From assembly GCA_038087875.1 (NCBI GenBank), contig JAXLNO010000401.1, forward strand, positions 1 through 34,212: a DNA stretch of 34,212 bases, given 5' to 3'. The notes beneath the pieces were generated by a model that saw only the letters and a list, made by a program, of their open reading frames with translations, was not told the DNA's origin and did no database searches. The DNA is from Malacoraja senta (lineage: Eukaryota). How positions within the stretch are numbered: position 1 is the first letter of the stretch; every line of letters begins with the position of its first letter. Made by a program: the position numbers and the translations under genes. Shown piece after piece: positions 24,901-32,539 of this stretch.

Positions 24901-27900
24901 ACATGGATAGGTGACGTTTCACAGAGTGCTGGAGTATCTCAGCAGGTCAGGCAGCATCTGTGGAGAACATGGATAGGTGACGTTTCACAGAGTGCTGGAG
25001 TATCTCAGCAGGTCAGGCAGCATCTGTGGAGGGAATGGACAGACCACGATTCGGGTCAGGACCCTTCTTTGGATTCTGAGTCAAGAGTCTTGAGGTGGAG
25101 TCCCAAACAACATCGCCCGTCCGTTTCCTTCCTGAGATGCTGCCTGACCCACAGAGATTCCCCAGCAATTTGTTTTCCTCACTATACAACTGGCTTCATT
25201 GGGGCAGAGGAAGGGTTAAAGGAACTGGCAGAGCAGCAGATGTGGGCAGGGGAGGAGGAGACAGGGCTGGTGTCACTGCCTGCACGTGGGAGGAGAGCGC
25301 TAGAATTGTTTGTTGGACCTATCTTGGAACATGATGTCTCAAGAGATTAATACAGTTACGCAGCATGGAAATAGACCCTTCAGCCCAACTTATCCATGCT
25401 AACCCAGTTGCCAAGAACACGTTCCATTTTGTATGCGTTTGGTCCATATCCTTCTGAACCTTTCCTGTCCACGTACCTGTTCAAATATCTTGTGAACATT
25501 GTAATTGTACCTGCTTCAACTACTTCACCTTTGCCCTTTAGTTTTGAACACCCGTGCCCTGGGAAACAGACTGAAACCAGTCTGAAGAAGGGTCTTGACC
25601 CAAAACATCACCTATTCCTTTTCTCCAGAGCTGCTGCCTGACCTGCTGAGTTAATCCAGCATTATGTGTCTATATTCTGCAACATTCACCTGATCTATGC
25701 ACCTCATGATTTTATAATGGAATTTTATAATCAGATTAGGAAAAAGGGAGGTGCAACGAGACCTGGGTGTCCTTGTACATCAGTCACTGAAAGTAAGCAT
25801 GCAGGTACAGCAGGCAGTGAAGAAAGTGAATGGCATGTTGGCCTTCATAGCAAGGCGATTTGAGTATGGGAGCAAGAATGTCCTACTGCAGTTGAACTGG
25901 GCCCTGGTGAGACCGCACCTGGAGTATTATATGCAGTTTTGGTCTCCTAATTTGAGGAAGGACATTCTTGCTATTGAGGGAGTGCAGCGTAGGTTCACCA
26001 GGTTAATTCCCGGATTGGCTGGACTGACATATGATGAAAGAATGGGCTTATATTCACTGAAATTTAGAAGGATGAGAGGGGATCTTACAATAGAAACATA
26101 TAAAATTCTTAAGGGATTGGACAGGCTAAATGCAAGAAAACTGTTCCTGATGTTGGGGGAGTCCAGAACCAGGGGCCACAGTTTAAGAACTGTGGGCCAT
26201 GTAGGACTGAGATGAGGAAAAATCACCCAGAGAGCTGTGAATCTGTAGAATTCTCTGTCACAGAAGGCAGTGGAGGTGAATTCACTGGATGTTTTCAAGA
26301 GAGAATTAGATTTAGCTCTTAGGGCTAAGGGAGTCAAGGGATATGGGGAAAAAGCCGGGACGGGATACTGATTTTGGATGATCAGCCATGGTCATATTGA
26401 ATGGTGGTGCTGGCTCGAAGGGCCTAATGGCCTACTCCTGCACCTATTTTTTCTATGTTTCTATAAACATCTATAAAGTTAGCGCTCAATCTCCCATGCT
26501 CGAGGCCAAACAGTCCCAACCCTTCCAACATCTTCCTGTAACTCAAGCCTTCCAGTGCTGGTGAACATCACGGTGAATCTATTCTGCATCCTTTCGAACA
26601 GAATGACTTCACTCCTATGCTTGGGCAGCCAGAACTGTACATGATAGTCCAAGTATGGTTTAACTGACATCTTGTACAGTGGAGCATGATGTCCCAACTC
26701 CTGTGCTCAATGCCCTGACCAAACATATTCCTCTCCAGGAGAAGAGGAATAGGTGATTTTTCAGGTCGATACCCGTCTTCAGTCTGGCCTGCTGAGTTAC
26801 TCCAGCTTTTTGTGTCTATCTTCAGTTTAAACCAGCATGTACAGTTCCTTCCGACACACCCTCCTCTCCATCCTAACTGTGTCACCACTTTCAGGGAACT
26901 GTTTTTGTACCCCTTGTTCTCCCTGAATCTTCTCTAGAACATTCTCCTGCGCCCTGCCATTTATTGTTAACGCCCCAAAATGCAGCACCTCGCACTTGTC
27001 TGAGTTAAATTGCATTCTCCTTGAGTTCTCTCCTTCCTCTACTGCCTCCTGGGCTGTGACAGTGAAGTGAAGTTTACTGCTGGGAGAATGATTTACAGGG
27101 GATACTATTGGGGCATGTAATTGCTCTGTGAGCCAGCACAGGCTCGATGGGCCAAATAGCCTCATAAGATCATAAGTGATGGGAGTAGGATTAGGCCATT
27201 TGGCCCATCAAGTCTACTCCGCCATTCAATCATGGCTGATCTAACTCTATCCTAAACTCATTCCCTTGCCTTCTCCCCATAACCTCTGACACCCATACTA
27301 ATCAACAATCTATCTCTGCCTTAAACATATCCACTGACTTGGCCTCCACAGCCATCTGTGGCAAAGAATTGAACAGATTCACCAAGAGTTCAAGTTCAAG
27401 AGAGTTTATTGTCATGTGTCCCTGATAGGACAATGACATACTTGCTTTGCTTTAGCGCACCAGAACATAGAAGGCATTGACTACAAAACAGATCAGTGTG
27501 TCCATAAACCATTATATAAATATATACACACATGAATAAATAAACTGATAAAGTGCAAATAAGCAGATAATGAGCTAATTAATGTACAGAGTTTTGTTTC
27601 AGCCAAGTTTAATACCCTGATGGCTGTGGGGAAGTAGCTATTCCTGAACCTGGTTGTTGCAGTCTTCAGGCTCCTGTATCTTCTACCTGAAGGTAGCAGG
27701 GAGATGAGTGTGTGGCCAGGATGGTGTGGGTCCTTGATGATGCTGCCAGCCTTTTTGAGGCAGCGACTGTGATAGATCCCCTCGATGGAAGGGAGGTCAG
27801 AGCCGATGATGGACTGGGCAGTGTTTACTACTTTTTGTAGTCTTTTCCGCACCAGGGCGCTCAAGTTGCCGAACCAAGCCACGATGCAACCGGTCAGCAT

Positions 27901-30227
27901 GCTCTCTACTGTGTACCTGTAGTAGTTAGAGAGAGTCCTCCTTGACAAACCGACTCTCCGTAATCTTCTCAGGAAGTAGAGGCGCTGATGTGCTTTCTTA
28001 ATAATGGCATCAGTGTTCTTGGACCAGGAAAGATCTTCAGAGATGTGCACGCCCAGGAATTTGAAGCTCTTGACCCTTTCAACCATCGACCCGTTGATAT
28101 AAACGGGACTGTGGGTCCCCATCCTATCCCTTCCAAAGTCCACAATCAGTTCCTTGGTTTTGCTGGTGTTGAGGGCCAGGTTATTGTGCTGGCACCACCC
28201 TCTGACTAAAGAAATTCCTCCTCATCTCCTTCCTAGAAGGACGCCTTTTAATTCTGAGGCTGACCGCTAGTGGTGGGCGGAGTGACATGAGATGTAGCCA
28301 TTGGGAGATAGGCATCCTGAGGTGTACATGAAGGTGATCGGTGCTGCCGTTCACCCTGAGCATTGCGCGGGATCGCTGGGGATGAGTCGTGACTGGTTCC
28401 CTTGTGGACAGGGTCCCACTGGCCATACACCACCAAGAGTCGATCAAGCATCAAGGAGGCTGGTAACTTTATGCCCTGTGGTTAAATTATCAGAGGTGTA
28501 ACCATCACCAACAATTCACGACCCAAAACATCACCCATTCCTTCTCTCCAGAGATGCTGCCTGTCCCACTGAGTTACTCCAGCATCTAGTGTCTACCAAT
28601 AATGAATGTTCCTGGATGTAAACATGTGACGGACTGGGCTGCGTTCACAATTCTCGGTCATTTCTTGAGGTCGTGGGCAGTGGTCCTGTTGGACCTGCTG
28701 AGATGCATCTTGATAGGATGCTGGCATCTGTAGAAATTGGGAAAGACCATTGGAACCATGCTGAATCTCCTCGGCTGTCTGAGGAAGTCGAGCTACCTCC
28801 GGCAGCTTGCTCCGTGCACCCACCAACTTCTGTGCAAACCCTGCCTGTCAGGTCCTCTTTAAACCTTCCCTCATCACCTTAAACCAACGCTCTCTAATTT
28901 TTGGACCACATTGCGTACAGGGCTGCATGGTGGCACAGCTTTAGAGTCACTGCCTCACAGCGCCAGAGATCCCGGTTCAATACTGACTACAGGTGCTGTC
29001 TGTGTGGGGTTTGTATGTTCTCCCCGTGACCTGAGTGGGTTTTCTCTGAGTGCTCCGATTTCCAACCGCGCTCCAAAGACATGCAGTTTTGTAGGTTCAT
29101 TGGTTGGTATAAATGTAAATTGTCCCTAGTGTGTGTAGGATAGTGTTAGTGTGTGGGGATCGCTGATCGGCGCGGACTCAGTGGGCCAAAGCGCCTGTTC
29201 CCACGTATCTGTAAACTAAACTAAAGATCAGAACAAGTTGGTGATATTTATTCCTCTGATAATTAAACCAGAAGCCATTGGTTAAAATTACTGGCCTCCT
29301 TGGCAAAGGAAATGTCCTTTCTGGTTGTCCCACTCGCCCAATTTTATACAGTGTCTGTCTCCTTTATTCCAAAGTAAATCACCTCAGCACAGCCGCCCTC
29401 TCCCTGCACCAAGATTTCTCCAGCCCTGGCAACGTTTCCTGCAATCCCCTTCATACATGCTCACCTGCACTCGCTTCCTTCCAGTACAGTGAAGCAGACT
29501 ACCAGTGTAAACTGTGTACAGTTTTGGTCTCCTAATTTGAGGAAGGAAATCCTTGTGATTGAGGCAGTGCAGCGTAGGTTCACGAGATTGATCCCTGGGA
29601 TGGCGGGACTGTCATATGAGGAAAGATTGAAAAGAATAGGCTTGTATTCACTGGAGTTTAGAAGGATGAGGGGGGATCTTATAGAAACATATAAAATTAT
29701 AAAAGGACTGGACAAGCTGGATGCAGGAAAAATGTTCCCAATGTTAGGCGAATCCAGAACCAGGGGCCACAGACTTAGACTAAAGGGGAAGCCATTTAAG
29801 ACTGAGAAGAAACTTTTTCACCCAAAGTTGTGAATTTGTGGAATTCCCTGCCACAGAGGGCAGTGGAGATCAAATCACTGGATGGATTTAAGAGAGAGTT
29901 AGATAGAGCTCTAGGGGCTAGTGGAGTCAAGGGATATGGAGAGAAGGCAGGCACTGGTTATTGATAGGGGACGATCAGCCATGATCGCAGTGAATGGCGG
30001 TGCTGACTCGAAGGGCCGAATGGCCTCCTCCTGCACCTATTTTCTATGTTTCTATGTTTCTAAATCAGTTATTTTTTTATTTCTAGTGCCTTGGTCAAGG
30101 AGAACATAAACCTAGGAGTTCTACAGATCCACGCTGCCCAAACCAGCGCACGCTTGGCGATGGATGGCCGAATGAGAGACGCGCAGGTCACCGCCCTTAC
30201 CCAGAGGGGACTCATAGAAGATGTACT
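1409..30227 (+). CDS. Partial spliced host gene, circularly permutated Ras protein 1-like (VWA / Sec23-Sec24 trunk-like domain protein); 7 exons visible, gene continues beyond both ends
   Basis: Exons 1409-1490, 2865-2993, 5926-6009, 7585-7690, 15350-15462, 17269-17380, 30087-30227 all have AG/GT boundaries. After correcting 5 single-base indels the phases join and give ...LQExGSTALGPAALVSIAMASRKPGSK|VIICTDGRANTVLGNLED...AMKQG|VIISVLTIEGTDCRLLELGQLADKTGGK|V.ITNPASLYSEFELILDDDVIATNV...|YFKNEDE...FEFG...|...IPFQLQLGY...|...HAAQTSARLAMDGR. TALGPA / ICTDG.AN / TGG are VWA-type motifs I recognise from this family; the family name comes from motif recall, not a search. Confidence 0.8.
2030..2770 (-). 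mobile_element. Two adjacent CR1 3' fragments
   Basis: Reverse complement of the CR1 ORF2 end and 3'UTR (gacaataggtgcaggagtaggcc...). Confidence 0.85.
2865..2993 (+). CDS. Host-gene exon (VIICTDGRANTVLGNLEDIAEDKIYQSSKLFY/RHMAEYAMKQG), one extra base near 2960-2961
   Basis: tttacag acceptor, gtaagt donor at 2994; 129 nt where 128 is needed to match the phase of the next exon. Confidence 0.85.
3424..3716 (-). mobile_element. HE1/V-SINE-like tRNA-derived SINE
   Basis: Minus strand: ggtggcgcagcgggtagagc box-A head, ggtttcctcccaca V-domain, CR1-like 3' tail. Confidence 0.85.
3772..4312 (+). mobile_element. Young 5'-truncated CR1 (HER1-like)
   Basis: PNLRKDIIAIEGVQRRFTRLIPG...RTRGHSL; (CTATGTTT)n tail. 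Confidence 0.92.
4468..4725 (-). mobile_element. HE1-like SINE
   Basis: Same body as 3424-3716. Confidence 0.8.
4915..5645 (+). mobile_element. Two CR1 3' fragments
   Basis: ORF 4898-5278 LIETY...SRTRGH; gggccgaa 3' stems. Confidence 0.8.
5926..6009 (+). CDS. Host-gene exon (VIISVLTIEGTDCRLLELGQLADK/TGGK), one base missing near 5998
   Basis: ccccactgcag acceptor, AAG|gtgagt donor at 6010; GAT AAA CC GGG GGC AAG lacks one A. Confidence 0.85.
6120..6392 (-). mobile_element. HE1-like SINE
   Basis: Same body, more diverged. Confidence 0.8.
6500..7500. repeat. ~1 kb G-rich minisatellite (gagagggctcggggtggggggt, ~22-bp unit)
   Basis: Read directly; variable G-run lengths. Confidence 0.95.
7585..7690 (+). 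CDS. Host-gene exon (V/ITNPASLYSEFELILDDDVIATNVTLTFIAERGL), one base missing near 7588
   Basis: tttctcccacag acceptor, gtgagt donor at 7691; contained in ORF 7500-7694. Confidence 0.85.
7730..7935. mobile_element. Inverted pair of PLE terminal-repeat remnants (similar remnants at 9325-9412, 25570-25675, 26730-26855, 28518-28585)
   Basis: gctggagtgactcag...gcatct followed by its reverse complement agatgctgcctgacccgctgagttactcc. Confidence 0.7.
8106..8598. mobile_element. Non-autonomous DNA transposon (MITE), PIF/Harbinger-like, with ~125-bp imperfect TIRs
   Basis: agggcccgtccccaccagcatgcgattgcatg...gtcccgacatc (8106-8230) mirrors gatgtcgggac...catgcaatcgcatgttggtgggacgggccct (8461-8598); flanked by TAA / CAA. 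Confidence 0.85.
8630..8900 (-). mobile_element. Degenerate Rex1/Babar 3' fragment (a second, ~55-bp 3' tip lies at 3088-3140)
   Basis: gggaagacgctgttcttgaacctggaggttgtggttttcaggct resembles 27628-27672. Confidence 0.55.
9415..10530. mobile_element. CR1 fragment (+, 9415-10230) followed by an older minus-strand CR1 fragment
   Basis: Degenerate WLMEFNA..., RTRGH and ctctatgact tail. Confidence 0.8.
10540..10857 (-). mobile_element. HE1-like SINE
   Basis: Full head, V-domain and tail. Confidence 0.85.
10920..11690 (-). mobile_element. Degenerate CR1 fragments (EN-RT linker piece and 3' end)
   Basis: ORFs 10975-11271 and 11400-11678 resemble ORF2 segments. Confidence 0.7.
11846..11877 (-). 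ncRNA. Minimal type I hammerhead ribozyme-like motif in the PLE terminal repeat
   Basis: gt CTGAAGA a GGGT-TTCG-GCCC GAAAC GTT ac on the minus strand; stem I is only ~2 bp. Confidence 0.6.
11992..12723 (-). CDS. C-terminal part of Penelope-like ORF: RT-distal region, Cys-rich linker and GIY-YIG endonuclease
   Basis: Frame open from the truncation point (FFRERGFP...); FPCNRKRCNTC linker; NLIYCIRCSRCQLIYIGETKRRLGDRFAEH...VAQHFN...GLN. Confidence 0.9.
   Translation of the reverse strand, partial: FFRERGFPSSTIDEARTRVSAIPRNTALSPHPPTHNKGRVPLVLTFHPTSRHIQQVILRQFRHLQRDPTTRHIFPSPPMSAFRKDRSLRNSLVNSSLPSHTTPSPGTFPCNRKRCNTCPFTSPLYSIQGPKQSFQVRQRFTCISSNLIYCIRCSRCQLIYIGETKRRLGDRFAEHLRSVRNNQPDLPVAQHFNSPSHSVSDLSVLGLLHGHSEQHRKLEEMHLKFRLGSLHPGGLNIEFSQFC
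12936..12998. repeat. (TA)n(GA)n microsatellite (a GATA-type repeat also lies at 14420-14466)
   Basis: Read directly. Confidence 0.9.
13000..14016 (+). mobile_element. Putative ~1 kb non-coding, CpG-rich non-autonomous retroposon
   Basis: Ends in the hairpin cacttgcac-tttat-gtgcaagtg plus AATAAA, resembling Rex1/Babar-type LINE 3' ends; interrupts degraded CR1 sequence; no credible ORF. Confidence 0.5.
13287..13512. repeat. 25-bp G-rich minisatellite (~9 copies, ggggtcgcc(a/g)gaggggggcgctcca)
   Basis: gtcgcc recurs with ~25-bp period. Confidence 0.9.
14017..14408 (-). mobile_element. Young 5'-truncated CR1, same subfamily as 3772-4312 and 17618-18345
   Basis: ORF 14114-14533 C-terminus; acatagaa tail. 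Confidence 0.92.
15350..15462 (+). CDS. Host-gene exon (YFKNEDEVSNKCVKQIGNVVKDMTTTFEFGIKDEARE), intact
   Basis: cttttcctcgcag acceptor, gtgagt donor at 15463; 113 nt, phase 2 in and phase 1 out, matching its neighbours. Confidence 0.88.
15499..15692. repeat. 17-bp minisatellite (ggggagccgtgacccca, ~11 copies)
   Basis: Read directly; starts ~36 nt after the exon donor. Confidence 0.93.
15787..16358 (-). mobile_element. Two HE1-like SINEs (partial 15787-15978; full 16062-16358)
   Basis: gtttag tail repeats, V-domain, tRNA-like head. Confidence 0.85.
16850..17133 (-). mobile_element. HE1-like SINE
   Basis: gcggcacagtggcgcagcggtagagttg head and ggttcgatcc box B on the minus strand. Confidence 0.85.
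17269..17380 (+). CDS. Host-gene exon (LQRTDAIPFQLQLGYRLPDGRSVYRIVSQERPTTTQ), intact
   Basis: ctcctctctgcag acceptor, AG|gtgagg donor at 17381; 112 nt, phase 1 in and phase 2 out. Confidence 0.88.
17618..18345 (+). mobile_element. Young 5'-truncated CR1 with open ORF2 C-terminus (17632-18246)
   Basis: LVRPHLEYCVQFWSP...TRGH; ctatgtat tail. Confidence 0.93.
18651..18915 (+). mobile_element. HE1-like SINE (diverged)
   Basis: ggcggcacagtg head, V-domain, ctaaa tail. Confidence 0.75.
19281..19464 (+). repeat. 78-bp GC-rich tandem monomers (~2.3 copies) at the CR1 5' end
   Basis: gcccagggaccgttgcagg starts at 19281, 19359 and 19437. Confidence 0.95.
19570..19926 (+). repeat. 24-bp tandem array (~15 copies, t(t/g)gtattgtatccagggtaaggct) in the CR1 5'UTR
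   Basis: Read directly; translates as (L/W)YCIQGKA x15; ends 8 nt before the ORF1 ATG. Confidence 0.97.
19935..20870 (+). CDS. CR1 ORF1 protein: N-terminal CxxC...CxxC zinc-finger/leucine-rich coiled coil plus SGNH/GDSL esterase domain
   Basis: 311 aa; CSGC...CARC, LRDRIRNLEQQLDDL, IVIGDSIVRG, HIGTND, DGLH motifs. Confidence 0.93.
   Translation: MRPRVVYCSGCQMWEVMESDTPPDVHICARCVKMGLLRDRIRNLEQQLDDLCLVRESEEVRERSYREVVTPRPREADKWVTVRKGKGQRQGLESTPVAVHLGNKYSGLSTVGGDSLPGGSDSGRASSTETGPVAQKGREKKRGAIVIGDSIVRGSDRRFCGRSQETRMVVCLPGARVRDVSEHVQDILKSEGEEPEVVVHIGTNDIGRKREEVLKGEFRELGGELRRRTAKVTISGLLPVPRDSESRNGVRWRINAWLRNWCSGQGFKFLDHWDLFWGRCDLYRKDGLHLNLRGTNILAGRFAKATGETLN
20861..20887 (+). promoter_or_regulatory. 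Candidate -1 ribosomal frameshift signal (T TTA AAC TAG + G-rich tract)
   Basis: X_XXY_YYZ heptamer in the ORF1 frame at 20861-20867; ORF2 is in the -1 frame. Confidence 0.6.
20876..23821 (+). CDS. CR1 ORF2: apurinic-type endonuclease + reverse transcriptase (frame open from 20777, no AUG before 21665)
   Basis: 981-aa uninterrupted frame. EN motifs: YFNARS, ISETWL, GDFN, SDH. RT motifs: KSPGPD, NYRPVSLTS, DFSKAFD, GVPQGSVLGP, YADD. Confidence 0.96.
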   Translation: MGGGTQIEKASRQCVRQEAEKGSTRTQHVGEKEEKDNKQRISGGGFLKCVYFNARSIVRKVDELRVWIDTWKYDVVAISETWLQEGCDWKLNIPGFRCFRGDRIGGARGGSVALLVKEDITAVLWQDRLGGLSREAIWVELRNGKGVATLIGVYYRLPNGERELEEQICKEIADISSKHKVVIVGDFNFPHIDWETHSVKGLDGLEFVKCVQDSFLQQYIEVPTREGAVLDLLLGNETGQVAEVSVGEHFGSSDHNTISFNIIMERVRTGPRVEIFVWRKANYEEMRKDLKGVNWDMLFYRKDVEEKWRTFKGEILRVQNLYVPVRLKGNIKNWKEPWFSREIGHLVWKKREIYNNYRQHGVNEVLEEYKECKKNIKKEIRKAKRRYEVALASKVKVNPKGFYSFINSKRITRNKIGPLESQSGQLSAEPKEMGEILNNLFSSVFTKEKDMELCEVRETSRVAMETMRFKEEEVRTLLKNMKTDKSPGPDRIFPRTLREVSVEIAGAMTEIFQMSLETGIVPEDWRTAHVVLLFKKGSKSKPSNYRPVSLTSVVGKLMERILRDNIYKHLDKQGLIRNSQHGFVPGRSCLTNLPEFFEEVTREIDEGKAVDVVYMDFSKAFDKFPRGRLVKKIKLLGINGGVARWIQQWLNGRCQRVMVDGCLSGWWPVTSGVPQGSVLGPLLFVMYINDLDDGVENWISKYADDTKIGGVVDNEVDFQSLQRDLGHLEEWAERWQMEFNADKCEVLHPGRTNQNRTYMVNGRELRNAVEQRDLGITVHSSLKVESHVDRVVKKAFGVLAFINQSIEYRSWDVMLKLYKALVRPILEYGVQFWSPNYRKDVNKIERVQRRFTRMLPGFQQLSYRERLNKLGLYSLERSKLRGDLIEVFKIMSGLDRVDVDKLFPLRVGKIQTRGHDLRIKGQKFRGNIRGNFFTQRVVAVWNELPVEVVEAGSILSFKNRLDGYMDGKGMEGYGLSAGRWD
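24083..24480 (-). mobile_element. Possible AT-rich 3'UTR remnant of another LINE family
   Basis: Minus strand ends cttgttcggaac(AAAT)n; composition is distinct from the flanks; family not identifiable. Confidence 0.35.
24536..25070 (-). repeat. 66-bp tandem array of PLE terminal-repeat fragment, with an internal fold-back insertion (~24694-24831)
   Basis: gtgctggagta starts at 24538, 24604, 24670, 24860, 24926 and 24992. Confidence 0.85.
25745..26465 (+). mobile_element. 5'-truncated CR1
   Basis: ORF 25751-26215; ctatgttt tail. Confidence 0.9.
27385..28197 (-). mobile_element. 5'-truncated Rex1/Babar-type LINE inserted in a minus-strand CR1 fragment (27164-27384 + 28198-28262)
   Basis: ORF 27493-28143: FKFLGVHISEDLSWS..KKAHQRLYFLRRL...HPGH...LLPSGRRYRS...RFRNSYFPTAIRVLN; 3' end catgacaataaa + (CTTGAA)n; CACCA on both sides. 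Confidence 0.9.
28920..29225 (+). mobile_element. HE1-like SINE (partial + strand copies also at 8925-9058 and 33235-33380)
   Basis: ggtggcacagc box A, ggttcaatac box B, (CTAAA)n tail. Confidence 0.85.
29512..30061 (+). mobile_element. 5'-truncated CR1 ending 25 nt before a host exon
   Basis: ORF 29489-29833; (CTATGTTT)n tail. Confidence 0.9.
30087..30227 (+). CDS. Host-gene exon (ALVKENINLGVLQIHAAQTSARLAMDGRMRDAQVTALTQRGLIEDVL), intact
   Basis: tttttttatttctag acceptor, gtgagt donor at 30228; 141 nt, phase 2 in and phase 2 out, open frame. Confidence 0.85.
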
Positions 30228-30438
30228 GTGAGTGCCCAACGCTGTTCTCCCACTCTGCTGTACCGGGGCATCCAGCTAACATCTGGCTGACAGACCTGAC
30301 CTGGGACAACCTGCCAACAACTGGCTGGCAGACCCAACCTGGGACAGAACCACATATGGCAGCTCAGTCATAGAGACATTCAGCATGGAAACAGGCCCAT
30401 CGGCTCAATTAGTCCATGGTGATGAAGATGTCTTCCTG

Positions 30439-30534
30439 TTTAAGAAGGAACTGCAGAAGCTGGAAAATCGAAGGTAGACAAAAATGCTGAAGAAACTCAG
30501 CGGGTGAGGAACTCACCAGCTGAGTTTCTCCAGT
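30439..30534 (-). mobile_element. 96-bp PLE 3'-terminal fragment with fold-back end and 14-bp TSD
   Basis: AAGATGTCTTCCTG at 30425-30438 and 30535-30548; internal hairpin gaaactcagcgggtgag-gaa-ctcaccagctgagtttc. Confidence 0.8.
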
Positions 30535-30554
30535 AAGATGTCTTCCTGAGTAGT

Positions 30555-31050
30555 CTCATTTCCCTGTATTTGGACCATATCCCTCTAAACCCTTTACGTC
30601 CATGAACCTGTCCACTTGCCTTTTAAATGTAGTAATTGTAGCCATCTCTACTGCTTCCTCTGGCAGCTTGTTCCATGTACCACCAGCCTGTGTGAAGAAG
30701 CTGCCCCTCAGGTCCTCTTTAAATCTTGCCCCTCTCACCTTAAACCATTGCCTTCTAATTGTAGATCCCTCTAGCCTGGGTAATAGACCGACCATCCGCC
30801 TTATCTAAGCCCCTTATGATTTTATATATCTCCTTCAGGTCATCCCACAGCCTCCTGCACTCCAGGGAAGAATGACCCAGCCTGTCCAGTCTCTCCTTGT
30901 GAATCTTCTCTGCACCCTCGCTCGTTTCCAACATCCTTCCTATATTACGGCAACCAGACCTGCACACAATATTCTATGTGCTGTCTCGCCAGTCTCTTGC
31001 ACAACTGTCCCAACCTTTGTACGTTGGGTCCTGACCGATGAAGGCAAACA
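30555..31050 (-). mobile_element. Old CR1 fragment
   Basis: ORFs 30556-30795 and 30755-30967 are decayed ORF2 C-terminus. Confidence 0.75.
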
Positions 31051-31090
31051 TGCTGCACACTATCATCACCACCTTGACCACTAGTTTAAC

Positions 31091-32315
31091 TGAGACCACA
31101 CCTGGAGTATTGTGTGCAGTTTTGGTCTCCAAATTTGTGGAAGGACATTCTTGCTATTGAGGGAGTGCAGTGTATGTTCACCAGGTTAATTCCCGGGATG
31201 GCGGGACTGTCATATGCTGAGAGAATGGAGCGGCTGGGATTGTGCACTCTGGAGTTTAGATGGATGAGAGGGGATCTCATTGAAACATATAAGATTATTA
31301 AGGGTTTAGACACACTAGAGGCAGGAAACATGTTCCCGATGTTGGGGGAGTCCAGAACCAGGGGCCACAGTTTAAGAATAACAGCAGGCAGTGAAGAAAG
31401 CTAATGAAATGTTGGCCTTCATAACAAGAGGATTTCAGTATAGCAGTAGGGAGGTTCTTCTGCAGTTGTATAGGGCTCTGGTAAGACCACATCTGGAGTA
31501 TTGCGTACAGTTTTGGTCTCCCAATTTGAGGAAGGACATCCTTGTAATTGAGGCAGTGCAGCGTAGGTTCACGAGATTGATCCCTGGGATGGTGGGACTG
31601 TCATATGAGGAAAGATTGAAAAGACTAGGCTTGTATTCACTGGAGTTTAGAAGGATGAGGGGATCTTATAGAAACATATAAAATTATAAAAGGACTGGAC
31701 AAGCTAGATGTAGGAAAAATGTTCCCAATGTTGGGCGAGTCCAGAACTAGGGGGCCACAGTCTTAGAATAAAGGGAGGCCATTTAAGACTGAGGTGAGCA
31801 AAAACTTTTTCGCCCAAAGAGTTGTGAATTTGTGGAATTCCCTGCTACAGAGGGCAGTGGAGGCCAAATCACTGGATGGATTTAAGAGAGAGTAGCTCTA
31901 GGGGCTAGTGGAGTCAAGGGATATGGGGAAAAGGCAGGCACGGGTTATTGATTGGGGACGATCAGCCATGATCGCAATGAATGGCGGTGCTGGCTCGAAG
32001 GGCCGAATGGCCTCCTCCTGCACCTATTTTCTATGTTTCTATGTAATAAGGGGTAAGCCATTTAGAGATGAGGAAACACTTTTTCACACAGAGAGTTGTG
32101 AGTCTGTGGAATTCTCTCTTAGATGGAGGTCGGTTCTCTGGATACTTTCAAGAGAGAGCTAGATAGGGCTCTTGAAGATAGCGGAGTCAGGGGATATGGG
32201 GAGAAGGCAGGAACGGGGTACTGATTGTGGATGATCAGCCATGATCACATTGAATGGCGCTGCTGTGTTGAAGGGCCGAATGGCCTACTCCTGCACCTAT
32301 TGTCTTTTGTCTATA
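31091..32315 (+). mobile_element. CR1 fragment with a second CR1 (31382-32044) nested inside, AATAA TSD
   Basis: tttaagaataa|...|aataaggggtaagcc restores the host sequence; both have 3' tails. Confidence 0.88.
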
Positions 32316-32539
32316 ACTCTTAGGTCTCTACAATGCTCCCCGGGCCCCGCCATTTACTGTGCATGTTCTGGTCTAACTTCCCAAATAAGTTACTTCTCAC
32401 GTGTCTGAGTTAAATTCCGTCTGCCATTCCTTTCCCCACCCGATCTAGATCCTGCTGTAACCTTAGACAACAACCTTCACTGTCCACGGTACCCAATTGT
32501 GGTGCCCTTTGTAAACCTACTAATTGTGCCACCTATATA

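Noticed and set aside
24670..25350. 226-aa ORF
   Set aside because: Read-through of the 66-bp PLE array and flanks
25579..25612. Hammerhead-like motif
   Set aside because: Core GAAAC is mutated to AAAAC and stem III is disrupted; likely inactive
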